From a virus, in IMG/VR virus record IMGVR_UViG_3300020056_000007: a DNA stretch of 64,000 nucleotides; one strand, given 5' to 3'. The notes beneath the pieces were generated by a model. It made no database searches and was not told the origin of the DNA. It worked only from the letters and a program-made list of their open reading frames with translations. A program made the translations under genes and the position numbers. Within the stretch, counting starts at the first letter, position 1. Every line of letters begins with the position of its first letter. Below are positions 1-8,885 of this stretch, piece by piece.

Positions 1-13
1 TTGGAGGAAGCTT

Positions 14-238
14 TTGAGTCTGTTCGAAATTTTAAATATTCGATATAACTATGAAGAGGCAGTGAAGAAGTTTTCATTGCCTTCTTATGATTCTGATATA
101 AATAGTGTTGAATGGTTTTTAGAATTTGGTCATAAATCGAACTCACTTCGTAATGGTTATGGCGATGCTGTGAAGTACGCACAACTAATTAAGGAGTATG
201 CCGATGGCACCTGCAAAGAAGTTAAGCCCAGACTCTAG
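14..238 (+). CDS. hypothetical protein
   Basis: 74-aa ORF; TTG start preceded by GGAGG at 3-7. Confidence 0.55.
   Translation: MSLFEILNIRYNYEEAVKKFSLPSYDSDINSVEWFLEFGHKSNSLRNGYGDAVKYAQLIKEYADGTCKEVKPRL
97..104 (+). promoter_or_regulatory. T4-type late promoter (gp55-dependent)
   Basis: Exact TATAAATA about 100 nt upstream of the EF-hand/glycosyltransferase gene run. Confidence 0.65.
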
Positions 239-587
239 ATGGGCCCATTTAGATAGAGATGGTGATGGTGTAATTACCGATGAAGAAATTGCTATGGAAG
301 AGCGCATGATTGAATTAGAAGATCTACGATCCGATATGGAAAATGAAGATAAAAAACAAGATGCTCAAAGAAACATGGCATGGTTTGCTTTATTTGGAAT
401 GTTATTATATCCATTTTCAGTAGTATTAGCAATATGGCTAGGATTAGAACAAGCTGGTAAAATTCTTGGAGATATGGCAGCAGTATATTTTGTTTCTGTT
501 GCAGCCATTGTTGCAGCATTCTATGGAAAAGAAGCCATTGCACAGAAAAACAAACCGGCACCTAAGAAACCTATAGATAATAGGTAA
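204..587 (+). CDS. EF-hand-containing two-TM membrane protein (holin-like topology)
   Basis: Canonical EF-hand loop DRDGDGVITDEE, two hydrophobic helices, basic C-tail; AAGGAG 7 nt before ATG 204. Confidence 0.6.
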   Translation: MAPAKKLSPDSRWAHLDRDGDGVITDEEIAMEERMIELEDLRSDMENEDKKQDAQRNMAWFALFGMLLYPFSVVLAIWLGLEQAGKILGDMAAVYFVSVAAIVAAFYGKEAIAQKNKPAPKKPIDNR

Positions 588-605
588 ACAATAAAAGGTT
601 TTGTT

Positions 606-1394
606 ATGAAACGTTTGATATATCAAGTGTACGTTGGATCTCGTTCTAAATTATATGATCACTGCACCGCTTCAGTTGCAGATTATTGTAATTATTACAG
701 TATAGATCATAAGATCCAACGTACTCCAATTCTCCGAATAAAACCAGATGTTTTCTCAACTAATCGTAGTAAAGAGTCATATGAAAAACATGGTGGTTAT
801 CTCCCAATATTTGAAAAAGAAAATGCATTCCATTATTTTGATGAGTATGACCAAATAGCTATTATTGATTCTGATATTTGGTTTAGACCAGGATGCCCAG
901 ATGTATTTGATTACCTTGATAGCCAATCTGATTGTGGATTTGTTATGGAAAGACAAATGCCAATTACAGATGCATATAAAGCAAAGATAGCCAATTATTC
1001 AAGAATGCAATATGGTATGCCATCGATCAATAAATTATTTGATTGGAATGCAAGTGGTGCCGATTTCTATAATATGGGAATGATGGTTATGAATAAGAGT
1101 TTTGCTAAATACTTAAACGGTGAGACTCCTAGACAATTTTTAGCTCGTCCCAAATTTAAACCTTTCATTGATGGTATGGGAGCGTGGAAATGGTCTACTG
1201 ATCAAACTCTTTTGAATGTATGGATTAAAGAAGAAGGTATAAAAGTCAAAAATTTAGACTGGAAATGGAATGGACTTTTTACAGGTATACATATGAATAG
1301 AATTAAAGAAGCACATTTTGTTCATTTCTTTTTGAAAGATAAATTGCCAAATAGAGGTGAAGATGTTAAAAAATTAATGGAGTATGTCCAATGA
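606..1394 (+). CDS. GT-A fold glycosyltransferase (GT8/GT34-like)
   Basis: IIDSD DxD motif, YNMGMMV, DQTLLN, WKWN and HFVHF motifs. Confidence 0.8.
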   Translation: MKRLIYQVYVGSRSKLYDHCTASVADYCNYYSIDHKIQRTPILRIKPDVFSTNRSKESYEKHGGYLPIFEKENAFHYFDEYDQIAIIDSDIWFRPGCPDVFDYLDSQSDCGFVMERQMPITDAYKAKIANYSRMQYGMPSINKLFDWNASGADFYNMGMMVMNKSFAKYLNGETPRQFLARPKFKPFIDGMGAWKWSTDQTLLNVWIKEEGIKVKNLDWKWNGLFTGIHMNRIKEAHFVHFFLKDKLPNRGEDVKKLMEYVQ

Positions 1395-1963
1395 TGAGAG
1401 GTATTAATACCAACTCTTTAGAAACCGTAAAAAGAATACCTTCGAACAGCATTGGGGTTGAACTTGGTGTATGGATAGGTGATAGTTCAGAAAAGTTTTT
1501 AATGAAAACTAAAAAACTAACACTTGTAGATTCTTGGAGTGTTGAACCATACAAAGAAAGTAATGAAACTTGGGAAAGATATATCAATCGATATAAACAA
1601 ATGGTTGGCGGAGAAACTGAAGAAGATTTTAAAAATTATTATGATAATATTTACGATACAGTAGTTGAAAGATTTTCAACTCGAGTAAATGTTAATATTT
1701 TAAGAATGTCCACTGATTCTTTTTTTGCACAATTAGAAGAACCAGTGGATTGGTTTTATGTAGATGCATCTCATGAAGAAATGGGTGTTTATAAAGATTT
1801 AGTTAATTCATATAATCACTTAAAAAAACATAACGGTGGATATATTTTTGGTGATGATTATGGTAATAAGCCAGGCGTGGTAAAAGGAGTTGATAAGTTT
1901 GTAAAAGACTATAAATTATCAATTAAGAAATTTGCGGTAAATCAATATGAGATAAAGATATGA
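1391..1963 (+). CDS. class I SAM-dependent methyltransferase (Methyltransf_24-like)
   Basis: GVELGVWIGDSS, VDSW, DWFYVDASH, GGYIFGDDY motifs. Confidence 0.85.
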   Translation: MMRGINTNSLETVKRIPSNSIGVELGVWIGDSSEKFLMKTKKLTLVDSWSVEPYKESNETWERYINRYKQMVGGETEEDFKNYYDNIYDTVVERFSTRVNVNILRMSTDSFFAQLEEPVDWFYVDASHEEMGVYKDLVNSYNHLKKHNGGYIFGDDYGNKPGVVKGVDKFVKDYKLSIKKFAVNQYEIKI

Positions 1964-2514
1964 AGATTCATAAATACGAAAATTATGAAGATTATGTTGA
2001 AGCTCAAACAGAAGCAAACGTTAGAAAATTACAAGTTGTTTGGGTAAGGCCAGAAACTATACAGTCAATTCATAAATTACAACCATTTGCATCTAAAATT
2101 TTATGTCATGGTACTAGGAATGCTAGAGAACAAACATTGTTTAAGCAATTATATCCTACTGCTGAAATTTTAGGAACTGAAATATCTCATACTGCCACTA
2201 AATTTCCAATGACAATTCAACATGATTTTCATGAGCATCTTGATGGTAAATGGGACATAGTATATACTAATTCATTTGATCATAGTTATGATCCAGAAAA
2301 AGCACTTACAACTTGGAAATCTCAAATTGCTCCAGGAGGATCTCTTTATTTAGAGCATGCATTTGGTGAAGAAGTAAATAGAGCAAGAAGGTCTGATCCT
2401 CTTCAAATAGATGCAGATGAATTATTACAATTAATTGATAAATTAGGAATGAAAACCTCTGATAATTTTATAACAGTAAAACAAGTAAGTAGAGTTTACA
2501 GGATTACATTATGA
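1960..2514 (+). CDS. putative SAM-dependent methyltransferase
   Basis: ILCHGTRN motif I variant; WDIVYTNSFDHSYDP...APGG. Confidence 0.65.
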   Translation: MKIHKYENYEDYVEAQTEANVRKLQVVWVRPETIQSIHKLQPFASKILCHGTRNAREQTLFKQLYPTAEILGTEISHTATKFPMTIQHDFHEHLDGKWDIVYTNSFDHSYDPEKALTTWKSQIAPGGSLYLEHAFGEEVNRARRSDPLQIDADELLQLIDKLGMKTSDNFITVKQVSRVYRITL

Positions 2515-3182
2515 AATCTTATGTGATATATGTAAAAGGACATAAAGCATCGGAAAAGCAAGCTGAAAAAGCTAGAGCTAGTTGTTATCAATCAGGATTT
2601 GATGTTACAATGATTGAAGGCATAACACCTTCAACGCTTGGCCAATATCCTGATTGGCCAGATGCATTAAATGGCAGGGTAACACATTTTAAACGAGAAA
2701 ATATGTCTACTTATACTCATAAAAAATCTTGCTTTGCTAATCATTATAGATTATGGAAAGAATGTGTCGACATTAATGAACCAATTGCATTTTTAGAACA
2801 TGATGTTGGTAATATTAGAAAATGGTTGCCTGACACTAAATTAAATGAAGTTCTTATATTAAATGCTGAATCTGCTTTTAAACAGCCAGTATTTGATCAT
2901 GTAAGAAATAAACCTTGGCTTAAATTTGGTGTCAATGAATATAATGAAACCCCTCTTAGATATAAATTTAATAATCAATGGCATGGTGGATTAATGATTC
3001 CTGGAACTGGCGCATATGTAGTAACACCAAAAGGTGCTGCAAAATTATTAGAAGCTTTAGAAGATTATGGATGGGAACAAAGTGACTTTTTTATTAATTC
3101 ATTAAATGTAGATATAGATTATATCGTACCTGAATATTTTACATTTAAATCAACAAATCTGAATACATCGCATGGATATTGA
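2511..3182 (+). CDS. glycosyltransferase family 25-like
   Basis: SYVIYV, SCFANHYRLWKEC, FLEHD, GAYVVTPKGAAKLL. Confidence 0.8.
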   Translation: MKSYVIYVKGHKASEKQAEKARASCYQSGFDVTMIEGITPSTLGQYPDWPDALNGRVTHFKRENMSTYTHKKSCFANHYRLWKECVDINEPIAFLEHDVGNIRKWLPDTKLNEVLILNAESAFKQPVFDHVRNKPWLKFGVNEYNETPLRYKFNNQWHGGLMIPGTGAYVVTPKGAAKLLEALEDYGWEQSDFFINSLNVDIDYIVPEYFTFKSTNLNTSHGY

Positions 3183-3873
3183 AGCTCATATTATAACACT
3201 TTCTAATAATGAAATTTCTCAAAAGGGATCTAAAGCATGTATTGAATCTTCAAAAGCAGTAGGTAATGATTTTGAAGTGAATATGTTTGAAGCTACTCAC
3301 ATGGATAATGTGGGTGTATATATGATTGAACATGATCTTGAATGGAATTATCCGTGGGAAGGATCTGTAATAGACTTTGCAACTGGCTTAACTAAATCAG
3401 CTTATCGTACAACACATCCAAGTGCACGAGTTGCTTGTTCCATAAGCCACTATAGGTTATGGAAGGCGTGTGCACACGGTGCAGCTGCTTATTTGGTGTT
3501 AGAACATGATGCTATTTTTACCGCTAAACTTGATACAAATATTATCGAAAATGACCGTTTTGAGATCATTGGTATCAATAATCCACTGTACGCGACTAGG
3601 AAATCAAGGGATTATGCTTATGCTATAAACAGCGCCAAAAACCATGACATCTTACCAGTCCCTACGGTTGATAAACACGATGTTCCTCAAGGGTTGGCTG
3701 GAAACTCGGCATATATAATTAAACCAAGTGGAGCACAACAGATGCTTAACCTTGTAAAACAATATGGACTTTGGCCAAATGATGCATTAATGTGTAAACA
3801 ACTAGTAAAAGGATTGGGTGTAACTCGTAAATACTATACAAGAGTTCAAGGGTTACCATCAACTACTACATGA
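3172..3873 (+). CDS. glycosyltransferase family 25-like
   Basis: ACSISHYRLWKAC, VLEHDA, SAYIIKPSGAQQML. Confidence 0.8.
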   Translation: MDIEAHIITLSNNEISQKGSKACIESSKAVGNDFEVNMFEATHMDNVGVYMIEHDLEWNYPWEGSVIDFATGLTKSAYRTTHPSARVACSISHYRLWKACAHGAAAYLVLEHDAIFTAKLDTNIIENDRFEIIGINNPLYATRKSRDYAYAINSAKNHDILPVPTVDKHDVPQGLAGNSAYIIKPSGAQQMLNLVKQYGLWPNDALMCKQLVKGLGVTRKYYTRVQGLPSTTT

Positions 3874-4088
3874 AACCAAACACTAAATTTGAATTATCAA
3901 TTAGGGATATTGAAATCATAGAAGTTGCTTTAAGAGCAAAAGCTGGCCGTAGAGGTATTGCTATTGCTACTGGTTCATCCTCAAAAGAATTTAAAAAAGA
4001 AATGCATGAAATCCAAGATTTACTTGGTAGAATTCATAATCAAAAGCATTGGTTTCGTCCCAAAGATAAAACATATGTAGGTGGATAA
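3870..4088 (+). CDS. hypothetical protein
   Basis: 72 aa; ATGA and TAATG coupled to both neighbours. Confidence 0.7.
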   Translation: MKPNTKFELSIRDIEIIEVALRAKAGRRGIAIATGSSSKEFKKEMHEIQDLLGRIHNQKHWFRPKDKTYVGG

Positions 4089-4735
4089 TGTTAAAAAATT
4101 ATGTAATCACAATAAAAGATAATGATAAATCAGTTGCAGCTGCAGAAAGATGTATTCAATCTGGATACCAAAATGGTATGAACATTAAAATGTTTTCTGC
4201 TATTACGCCAAAAGATAAACCTAGTGTTCTTATGGCGGAAGAAGGAATTCCTACAAAAAATTTCGATGAAAAATATTCACGTACCGAAAATTGTATGGCA
4301 GCATTCATGTCTCATTATTATTTATGGAAAGAGTGTCAAGAATCTAATGTGCCTATAACTATATTTGAACATGATGCAGTGATCGTAAATAGTATACCAA
4401 CTGATATGCGATTTAAAACTGCTGTAAATCTTGGAGCTCCATCTTATGGAAAATTTATTACTCCATCTTTTTTAGGCGTAGGTAAACTTACATCTAAACA
4501 TTATTTTCCTGGTGCACATGCGTATAGAATAAGTCCAAGCGGCGCTACTGAATTAATAAATGTAGCAAAAAAAGATGCGGGCCCAACAGATGTATTTCTT
4601 CATATTTTAAGATTTCCAGATTTGGAAGAAAGATATCCTTGGCCAGTAGAGTGTAAAGATTCATTTACAACAATTCAAAATGAAACGGGATGCTTAGCTA
4701 AACATAATTACAATGCACAATACGAAATTATCTAA
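4088..4735 (+). CDS. glycosyltransferase family 25-like
   Basis: AAFMSHYYLWKEC, IFEHDA, AHAYRISPSGA. Confidence 0.8.
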   Translation: MLKNYVITIKDNDKSVAAAERCIQSGYQNGMNIKMFSAITPKDKPSVLMAEEGIPTKNFDEKYSRTENCMAAFMSHYYLWKECQESNVPITIFEHDAVIVNSIPTDMRFKTAVNLGAPSYGKFITPSFLGVGKLTSKHYFPGAHAYRISPSGATELINVAKKDAGPTDVFLHILRFPDLEERYPWPVECKDSFTTIQNETGCLAKHNYNAQYEII

Positions 4736-5321
4736 ATTATTCATTACTGGTTGTGATTCTAAAACTAGATGGCAACTCCCTTGGTTTCAAGAAAACTTTA
4801 AAAAGCATAATCCAGATGCTACATTATATGTTTATGATTTTGATACAGATTTTCCTGAAGAAGCTGGTTGGTTTAAAAAACCGTCTGCAATGATTAACGC
4901 TTCTAAAAAAGCTGATAATATATGTTGGCTTGATACTGATTGTCAAGTATTACAAAATCTTGATGAAATTTGGAATCATATAGAACCCAATAAAATAACG
5001 ATGGCCCAAGATATGCCATGGACTACAAGATCAGGTGAAACTTGGCATAACTCTGGTGTAGTTTTATTTAATGATATACCAAGAATATTATGGATATGGA
5101 AATCTTTAATAAAAAATCAAGCCGTTCAAGGTGATCAAGAAACTTTACATATGTATTTAAAAGATGGCTTAAATAGAATGATACATATTAATGATTTACC
5201 AAGAAGATTTAATGTTTTAAGGATTGATCATTTAGATAATACAGTTCCAAAAAATCCAGCAATTTTTCATTGGACAGGTTATAAAGGAAATTTAAAAATA
5301 AAGGAAATGATAAATGGCTAG
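4713..5321 (+). CDS. GT-A fold glycosyltransferase (GT8/GT77-like)
   Basis: WFKKP, WLDTD, HNSGVV, GDQETL, IFHWTG. Confidence 0.75.
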   Translation: MHNTKLSKLFITGCDSKTRWQLPWFQENFKKHNPDATLYVYDFDTDFPEEAGWFKKPSAMINASKKADNICWLDTDCQVLQNLDEIWNHIEPNKITMAQDMPWTTRSGETWHNSGVVLFNDIPRILWIWKSLIKNQAVQGDQETLHMYLKDGLNRMIHINDLPRRFNVLRIDHLDNTVPKNPAIFHWTGYKGNLKIKEMING

Positions 5322-5961
5322 AGTAGTACAAGTTATAGGAAATGGTGATTGGGCTCATTTATATCAAAGAGAACCCCGTAAAGGTTTAAAACTTACATGT
5401 AATTTACCTCCATTTCCAGTTCCTGGAAATTATGCTACATGCATTGTAGATTTTAAATTTATGAAAGCTTTAACAGAAGGAATTATTGATGTACCTGGAG
5501 ATTGGATATTAGGATTTAGGCCAAAAATTTGGATGGATAAACATCCAAAATTTTATGTAGATAGAGCTAAGCAAGTTAAAGAGTTCTATACAGAATTACC
5601 AAAATATGCTATTCCTCCTGGTGGAAAAATAGGTCTTGGATATACTAATTTTAGTTGTGGTCATATGGCAGTTCATTATGCAGCAAATAAATTAAAAGCA
5701 GATGAAATCCATATGTGGGGATTTGATTCTATATTTGATTTTAATTTAAATAGTTGTTCTGATTTTTACTTATCTTCTGTTAGAGATCCTCAACAAAATA
5801 ATAAATTATCAAGTAATTGGAGACCTCTATATTCTAATATGTTTAAAGATTTTAGTAATACCAAGTTTGTTATTCATCATATACATAATAAATTTAAAAT
5901 ACCTCACGTTCCAGATAACGTAGAAGCTTGTGTTCACGAACAAAAAGTGAAAAAAATGTAA
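5314..5961 (+). CDS. DUF115/MptE/Maf- or sialyltransferase-like protein
   Basis: VIGNG near N-terminus; SCGHMAVHYA..L..DEIHMWGFD motif. Confidence 0.5.
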   Translation: MARVVQVIGNGDWAHLYQREPRKGLKLTCNLPPFPVPGNYATCIVDFKFMKALTEGIIDVPGDWILGFRPKIWMDKHPKFYVDRAKQVKEFYTELPKYAIPPGGKIGLGYTNFSCGHMAVHYAANKLKADEIHMWGFDSIFDFNLNSCSDFYLSSVRDPQQNNKLSSNWRPLYSNMFKDFSNTKFVIHHIHNKFKIPHVPDNVEACVHEQKVKKM

Positions 5962-5980
5962 AAAAATGCATTTTAATGAA

Positions 5981-6026
5981 AAAAACGGTGTACATTTCCT
6001 CAAAACTGTGGTAGAATATATCTATA
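5981..6026 (+). promoter_or_regulatory. early sigma70-like phage promoter (copy 1)
   Basis: TGTACA (5989-5994)-17 bp-TAGAAT (6012-6017), with TGTGG extended -10 and A-tract UP element. Confidence 0.85.
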
Positions 6027-6042
6027 ATCAAAAAAGAGGAGA

Positions 6043-6327
6043 ATGATTATGATTAATTATGTAACTGGAAACGAATATACCGGTCAAAACTATAACACCT
6101 TAGCTGCTTTGGGTTATAGCGATGACGATGCATTCGTAACATTTAAGCAGGCTATTAAAATTGATGGTCTTTCTGGTAAAGCTTTAAAGGGTATCAAAAA
6201 AGCTGCTAGCTTGGTACGCTATTCTAAGCATAATACTGAAATTGATGAAACTGGCAAAGAGGTTACTAAGCCTATTTATTTTTCAGTTTTTGACATTAAA
6301 GACGTCCTCGCACGGAGGGAATCATAA
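6043..6327 (+). CDS. ArdC-like N-terminal ssDNA-binding domain protein
   Basis: NYVTGNEYTGQN..L...GY....FVTFKQA....G....G......L.....PIYFSVFD matches the ArdC/DUF1738 pattern; AGGAGA RBS. Confidence 0.6.
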   Translation: MIMINYVTGNEYTGQNYNTLAALGYSDDDAFVTFKQAIKIDGLSGKALKGIKKAASLVRYSKHNTEIDETGKEVTKPIYFSVFDIKDVLARRES

Positions 6328-6527
6328 TGGGTAAAGTAAAGTCACTTATAATGGACGGTGAAGAATTCGCTCAAGAACATTATAATATACCCGAAGCTGA
6401 TTTTAAGCAAAAAGTAAAAGAAAAATATGGCAATGTTCTAACGATCGAAGCCAGATCAGCTATTGATCATTGGTTTGAAATTCAAATGGAATTGAAAGGT
6501 TTTTTTCGTGATGAATGTCCTTACTAA
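6327..6527 (+). CDS. hypothetical protein
   Basis: 66 aa; TAATG coupling, GGAGG RBS. Confidence 0.7.
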   Translation: MGKVKSLIMDGEEFAQEHYNIPEADFKQKVKEKYGNVLTIEARSAIDHWFEIQMELKGFFRDECPY

Positions 6528-6651
6528 TTTTCTTGGTTATCTTTTACTTCTCATCTTTTCCTTAAGCTGGATAGATTTCCTTTGGATTTTTGGGGTAGTA
6601 AATAGTCAAGATTACACTATGTGGAAACTTATTCAATTTATGAGTCATTGA
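6511..6651 (+). CDS. small membrane protein (46 aa, not in ORF track)
   Basis: MNVLTNFLGYLLLLIFSLSWIDFLWIFGVVNSQDYTMWKLIQFMSH; its stop overlaps the next ATG (TGATG). Confidence 0.55.
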   Translation: MNVLTNFLGYLLLLIFSLSWIDFLWIFGVVNSQDYTMWKLIQFMSH

Positions 6652-7022
6652 TGATTTTTGTTACAGGTGGAAATAAAAAATTGAAAGAGGCGGCTTATGA
6701 GGCTGCCTCTTTTTCGTGGAAACAATTATTTCCTAGAATAAATAACTGTAGTATAGAAATTCAATTAATGAATTTAGATGGTAAAACAGGTGATTGCTTA
6801 CAGTGCGATGATAGAGAATTTGAAATACGAGTTGATAAAAATCAAAATTTTGATGATTTTATGACATGTATTATACATGAAATGGTTCATGTTAAACAGC
6901 ATATTCGCAATGAATTTAACAGCTATGATTTTAAAACATATGATGAGTATATTAATCATCCAGCTGAAAAAGAAGCATATGCTTTACAGGAGGAGTTATA
7001 TAAAAAATGGAAGATTTCATAG
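6651..7022 (+). CDS. zinc metallopeptidase-like protein (HExxH)
   Basis: IIHEMVHVKQ...PAEKEAY; start moved to the coupled ATG at 6651. Confidence 0.65.
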   Translation: MIFVTGGNKKLKEAAYEAASFSWKQLFPRINNCSIEIQLMNLDGKTGDCLQCDDREFEIRVDKNQNFDDFMTCIIHEMVHVKQHIRNEFNSYDFKTYDEYINHPAEKEAYALQEELYKKWKIS

Positions 7023-7207
7023 ATACGTCTCAAAAAGATGGTTGGAAAAACCATGAAGAAGTTCCTGAAGAAAAATATAGGAAAGCCATGGTTGGCTTAA
7101 CTAGCGAAATTACTTTATTAAAAGAAGAAATTGCCATGCTTGAGTCAAGTCGGTATCAATTAATGAAAAGAATTAAAGAGCTTACAGATGCAGCTAACAG
7201 TAACTGA
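7007..7207 (+). CDS. small coiled-coil protein
   Basis: 66 aa with heptad pattern; GGAGGAG RBS. Confidence 0.6.
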   Translation: MEDFIDTSQKDGWKNHEEVPEEKYRKAMVGLTSEITLLKEEIAMLESSRYQLMKRIKELTDAANSN

Positions 7208-7472
7208 TTCAGCAAAAGAATATTTAAAAAAAGTAGGTAAACCAAATGTATCTCTTTCAGTAAAAGGAGGAGGATGTTCAGGTTTTCAATATGAGTGGGG
7301 AACAACTGATAAGAAACCCACTGTCGCCAATCTATGGTTAGATCCATTAGCAGAAATGTTTGTATTTGGATGTACTGTAGATTATGTAGAGGAACTTGGT
7401 GGTTCGTATTTAAAAGTATTAAATCCTAATGCGACTGCTTCTTGTGGATGTGGAGAAAGTTTTGCAATATAA
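7188..7472 (+). CDS. iscA: A-type Fe-S cluster carrier (IscA/SufA/HesB family)
   Basis: VTDSA, VKGGGCSGFQY, NPNATASCGCGESF with all three conserved Cys. Confidence 0.92.
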   Translation: MQLTVTDSAKEYLKKVGKPNVSLSVKGGGCSGFQYEWGTTDKKPTVANLWLDPLAEMFVFGCTVDYVEELGGSYLKVLNPNATASCGCGESFAI

Positions 7473-7716
7473 AATTTATTCAAAAGCTGGTTGTATATTC
7501 TGCGATGCTGCTATGGAATTATTAGAAAAGCATAATATAGAATATGAAGAAATCAAAGTCCTTGGTAATGAAAAAGCAATGGAGCTTTTCAAACAGAGAA
7601 AATTTAAAACAGTTCCTCAAATTTTTGATAAAGAAGGTAGACACGTAGGTGGATATCAAGATTTAAAACAGAGGTTTGAGTGGCCTGATAATCCAGCAGA
7701 GAGCTATGCAATATGA
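7462..7716 (+). CDS. glutaredoxin
   Basis: IYSKAGCIFC, TVPQIF, VGGYQDL; TTG start after GGAG. Confidence 0.88.
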   Translation: MQYKIYSKAGCIFCDAAMELLEKHNIEYEEIKVLGNEKAMELFKQRKFKTVPQIFDKEGRHVGGYQDLKQRFEWPDNPAESYAI

Positions 7717-7961
7717 ATTGGGAAGATTTTGAAGAAAGGGATTTTTCAGAGGTCTATAATCATTATGTTAATTTAACGATGGATTTAGTTGGTGAAGATA
7801 AAGATCCCTTATTGATTGCAGCTATACTTGTCAGCACGGGTCTTAGTATGTATAGAACATTGTTGAATGAACGCGATTATGATAAAATGGTAGACCAGAT
7901 TGCGTTTTTTAAAGATGACATAACTAGTTTCGAACAAGTCAAAAAAGGTCATTTACATTAA
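7713..7961 (+). CDS. hypothetical protein
   Basis: 82 aa; ATGA coupling. Confidence 0.65.
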   Translation: MNWEDFEERDFSEVYNHYVNLTMDLVGEDKDPLLIAAILVSTGLSMYRTLLNERDYDKMVDQIAFFKDDITSFEQVKKGHLH

Positions 7962-7984
7962 AAAAAATGAAAAAAATCGCATTT

Positions 7985-8026
7985 AACGGTTTACATTTAT
8001 TCAAAACTGTGGTAGAATATATCTAT
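7985..8026 (+). promoter_or_regulatory. early sigma70-like phage promoter (copy 2)
   Basis: TTTACA (7990-7995)-17 bp-TAGAAT (8013-8018); shares CAAAACTGTGGTAGAATATATCTAT with copy 1. Confidence 0.85.
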
Positions 8027-8051
8027 CAAATGGAAAAAGAGGAGAAACATT

Positions 8052-8393
8052 ATGGAATATGTAGTAGAAACACAAGGTCTTGAGAATTATGGCGCCCATA
8101 GTGAGTCTGGCAAATTTGCCGATTCAACTCACTATTGGAAGTTTAAGGGAGGCACAAATTACATCGTGTCTGGTCTTGATCGCCCTCAAGACGCTATGGC
8201 TTTCATTGCCGCTATTGGTATGGAAAATGGCATTGGCTGGAAAGAGTGGCCTTGCCAAGTCCAAACACTTGCAGAGTGGGAGCAGCAGTTTGATATGAAC
8301 GATCCTTGGGATGTCCAACATCATGAATTCAAACTTTCTATTATGAAACGGGTTAGTCCCGGTGAAATGATCAAAAGCAAGAAAGCGGCGTAA
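8052..8393 (+). CDS. early hypothetical protein
   Basis: 113 aa; AGGAGA RBS, directly after promoter. Confidence 0.75.
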   Translation: MEYVVETQGLENYGAHSESGKFADSTHYWKFKGGTNYIVSGLDRPQDAMAFIAAIGMENGIGWKEWPCQVQTLAEWEQQFDMNDPWDVQHHEFKLSIMKRVSPGEMIKSKKAA

Positions 8394-8624
8394 TGGAACG
8401 CTTCCGTATTGAAGGTCTAAAAAAATATCAAGTCCAACTCCTTGATCAAATGTGGGAATGTGAAACTCCAAATGACTTATTTGAATTTAGATCAAGTCTT
8501 AATCCTGCCATGCAACAAGAAGTTGATACTCTTGTTACACTCGTACATCTATCTCAAATAGATTATGAAGTTGAACAAATGTCAAGGTTTCCAGTAGTTG
8601 AAGCTCTATTGAAAAAAATTAAAG

Positions 8625-8638
<14 letters not shown>
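8393..8638 (+). CDS. hypothetical protein
   Basis: 81 aa; TAATG coupling. Confidence 0.7.
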
Positions 8639-8867
<229 letters not shown>

Positions 8868-8885
8868 ATTATTAAGGAAAGTGAA

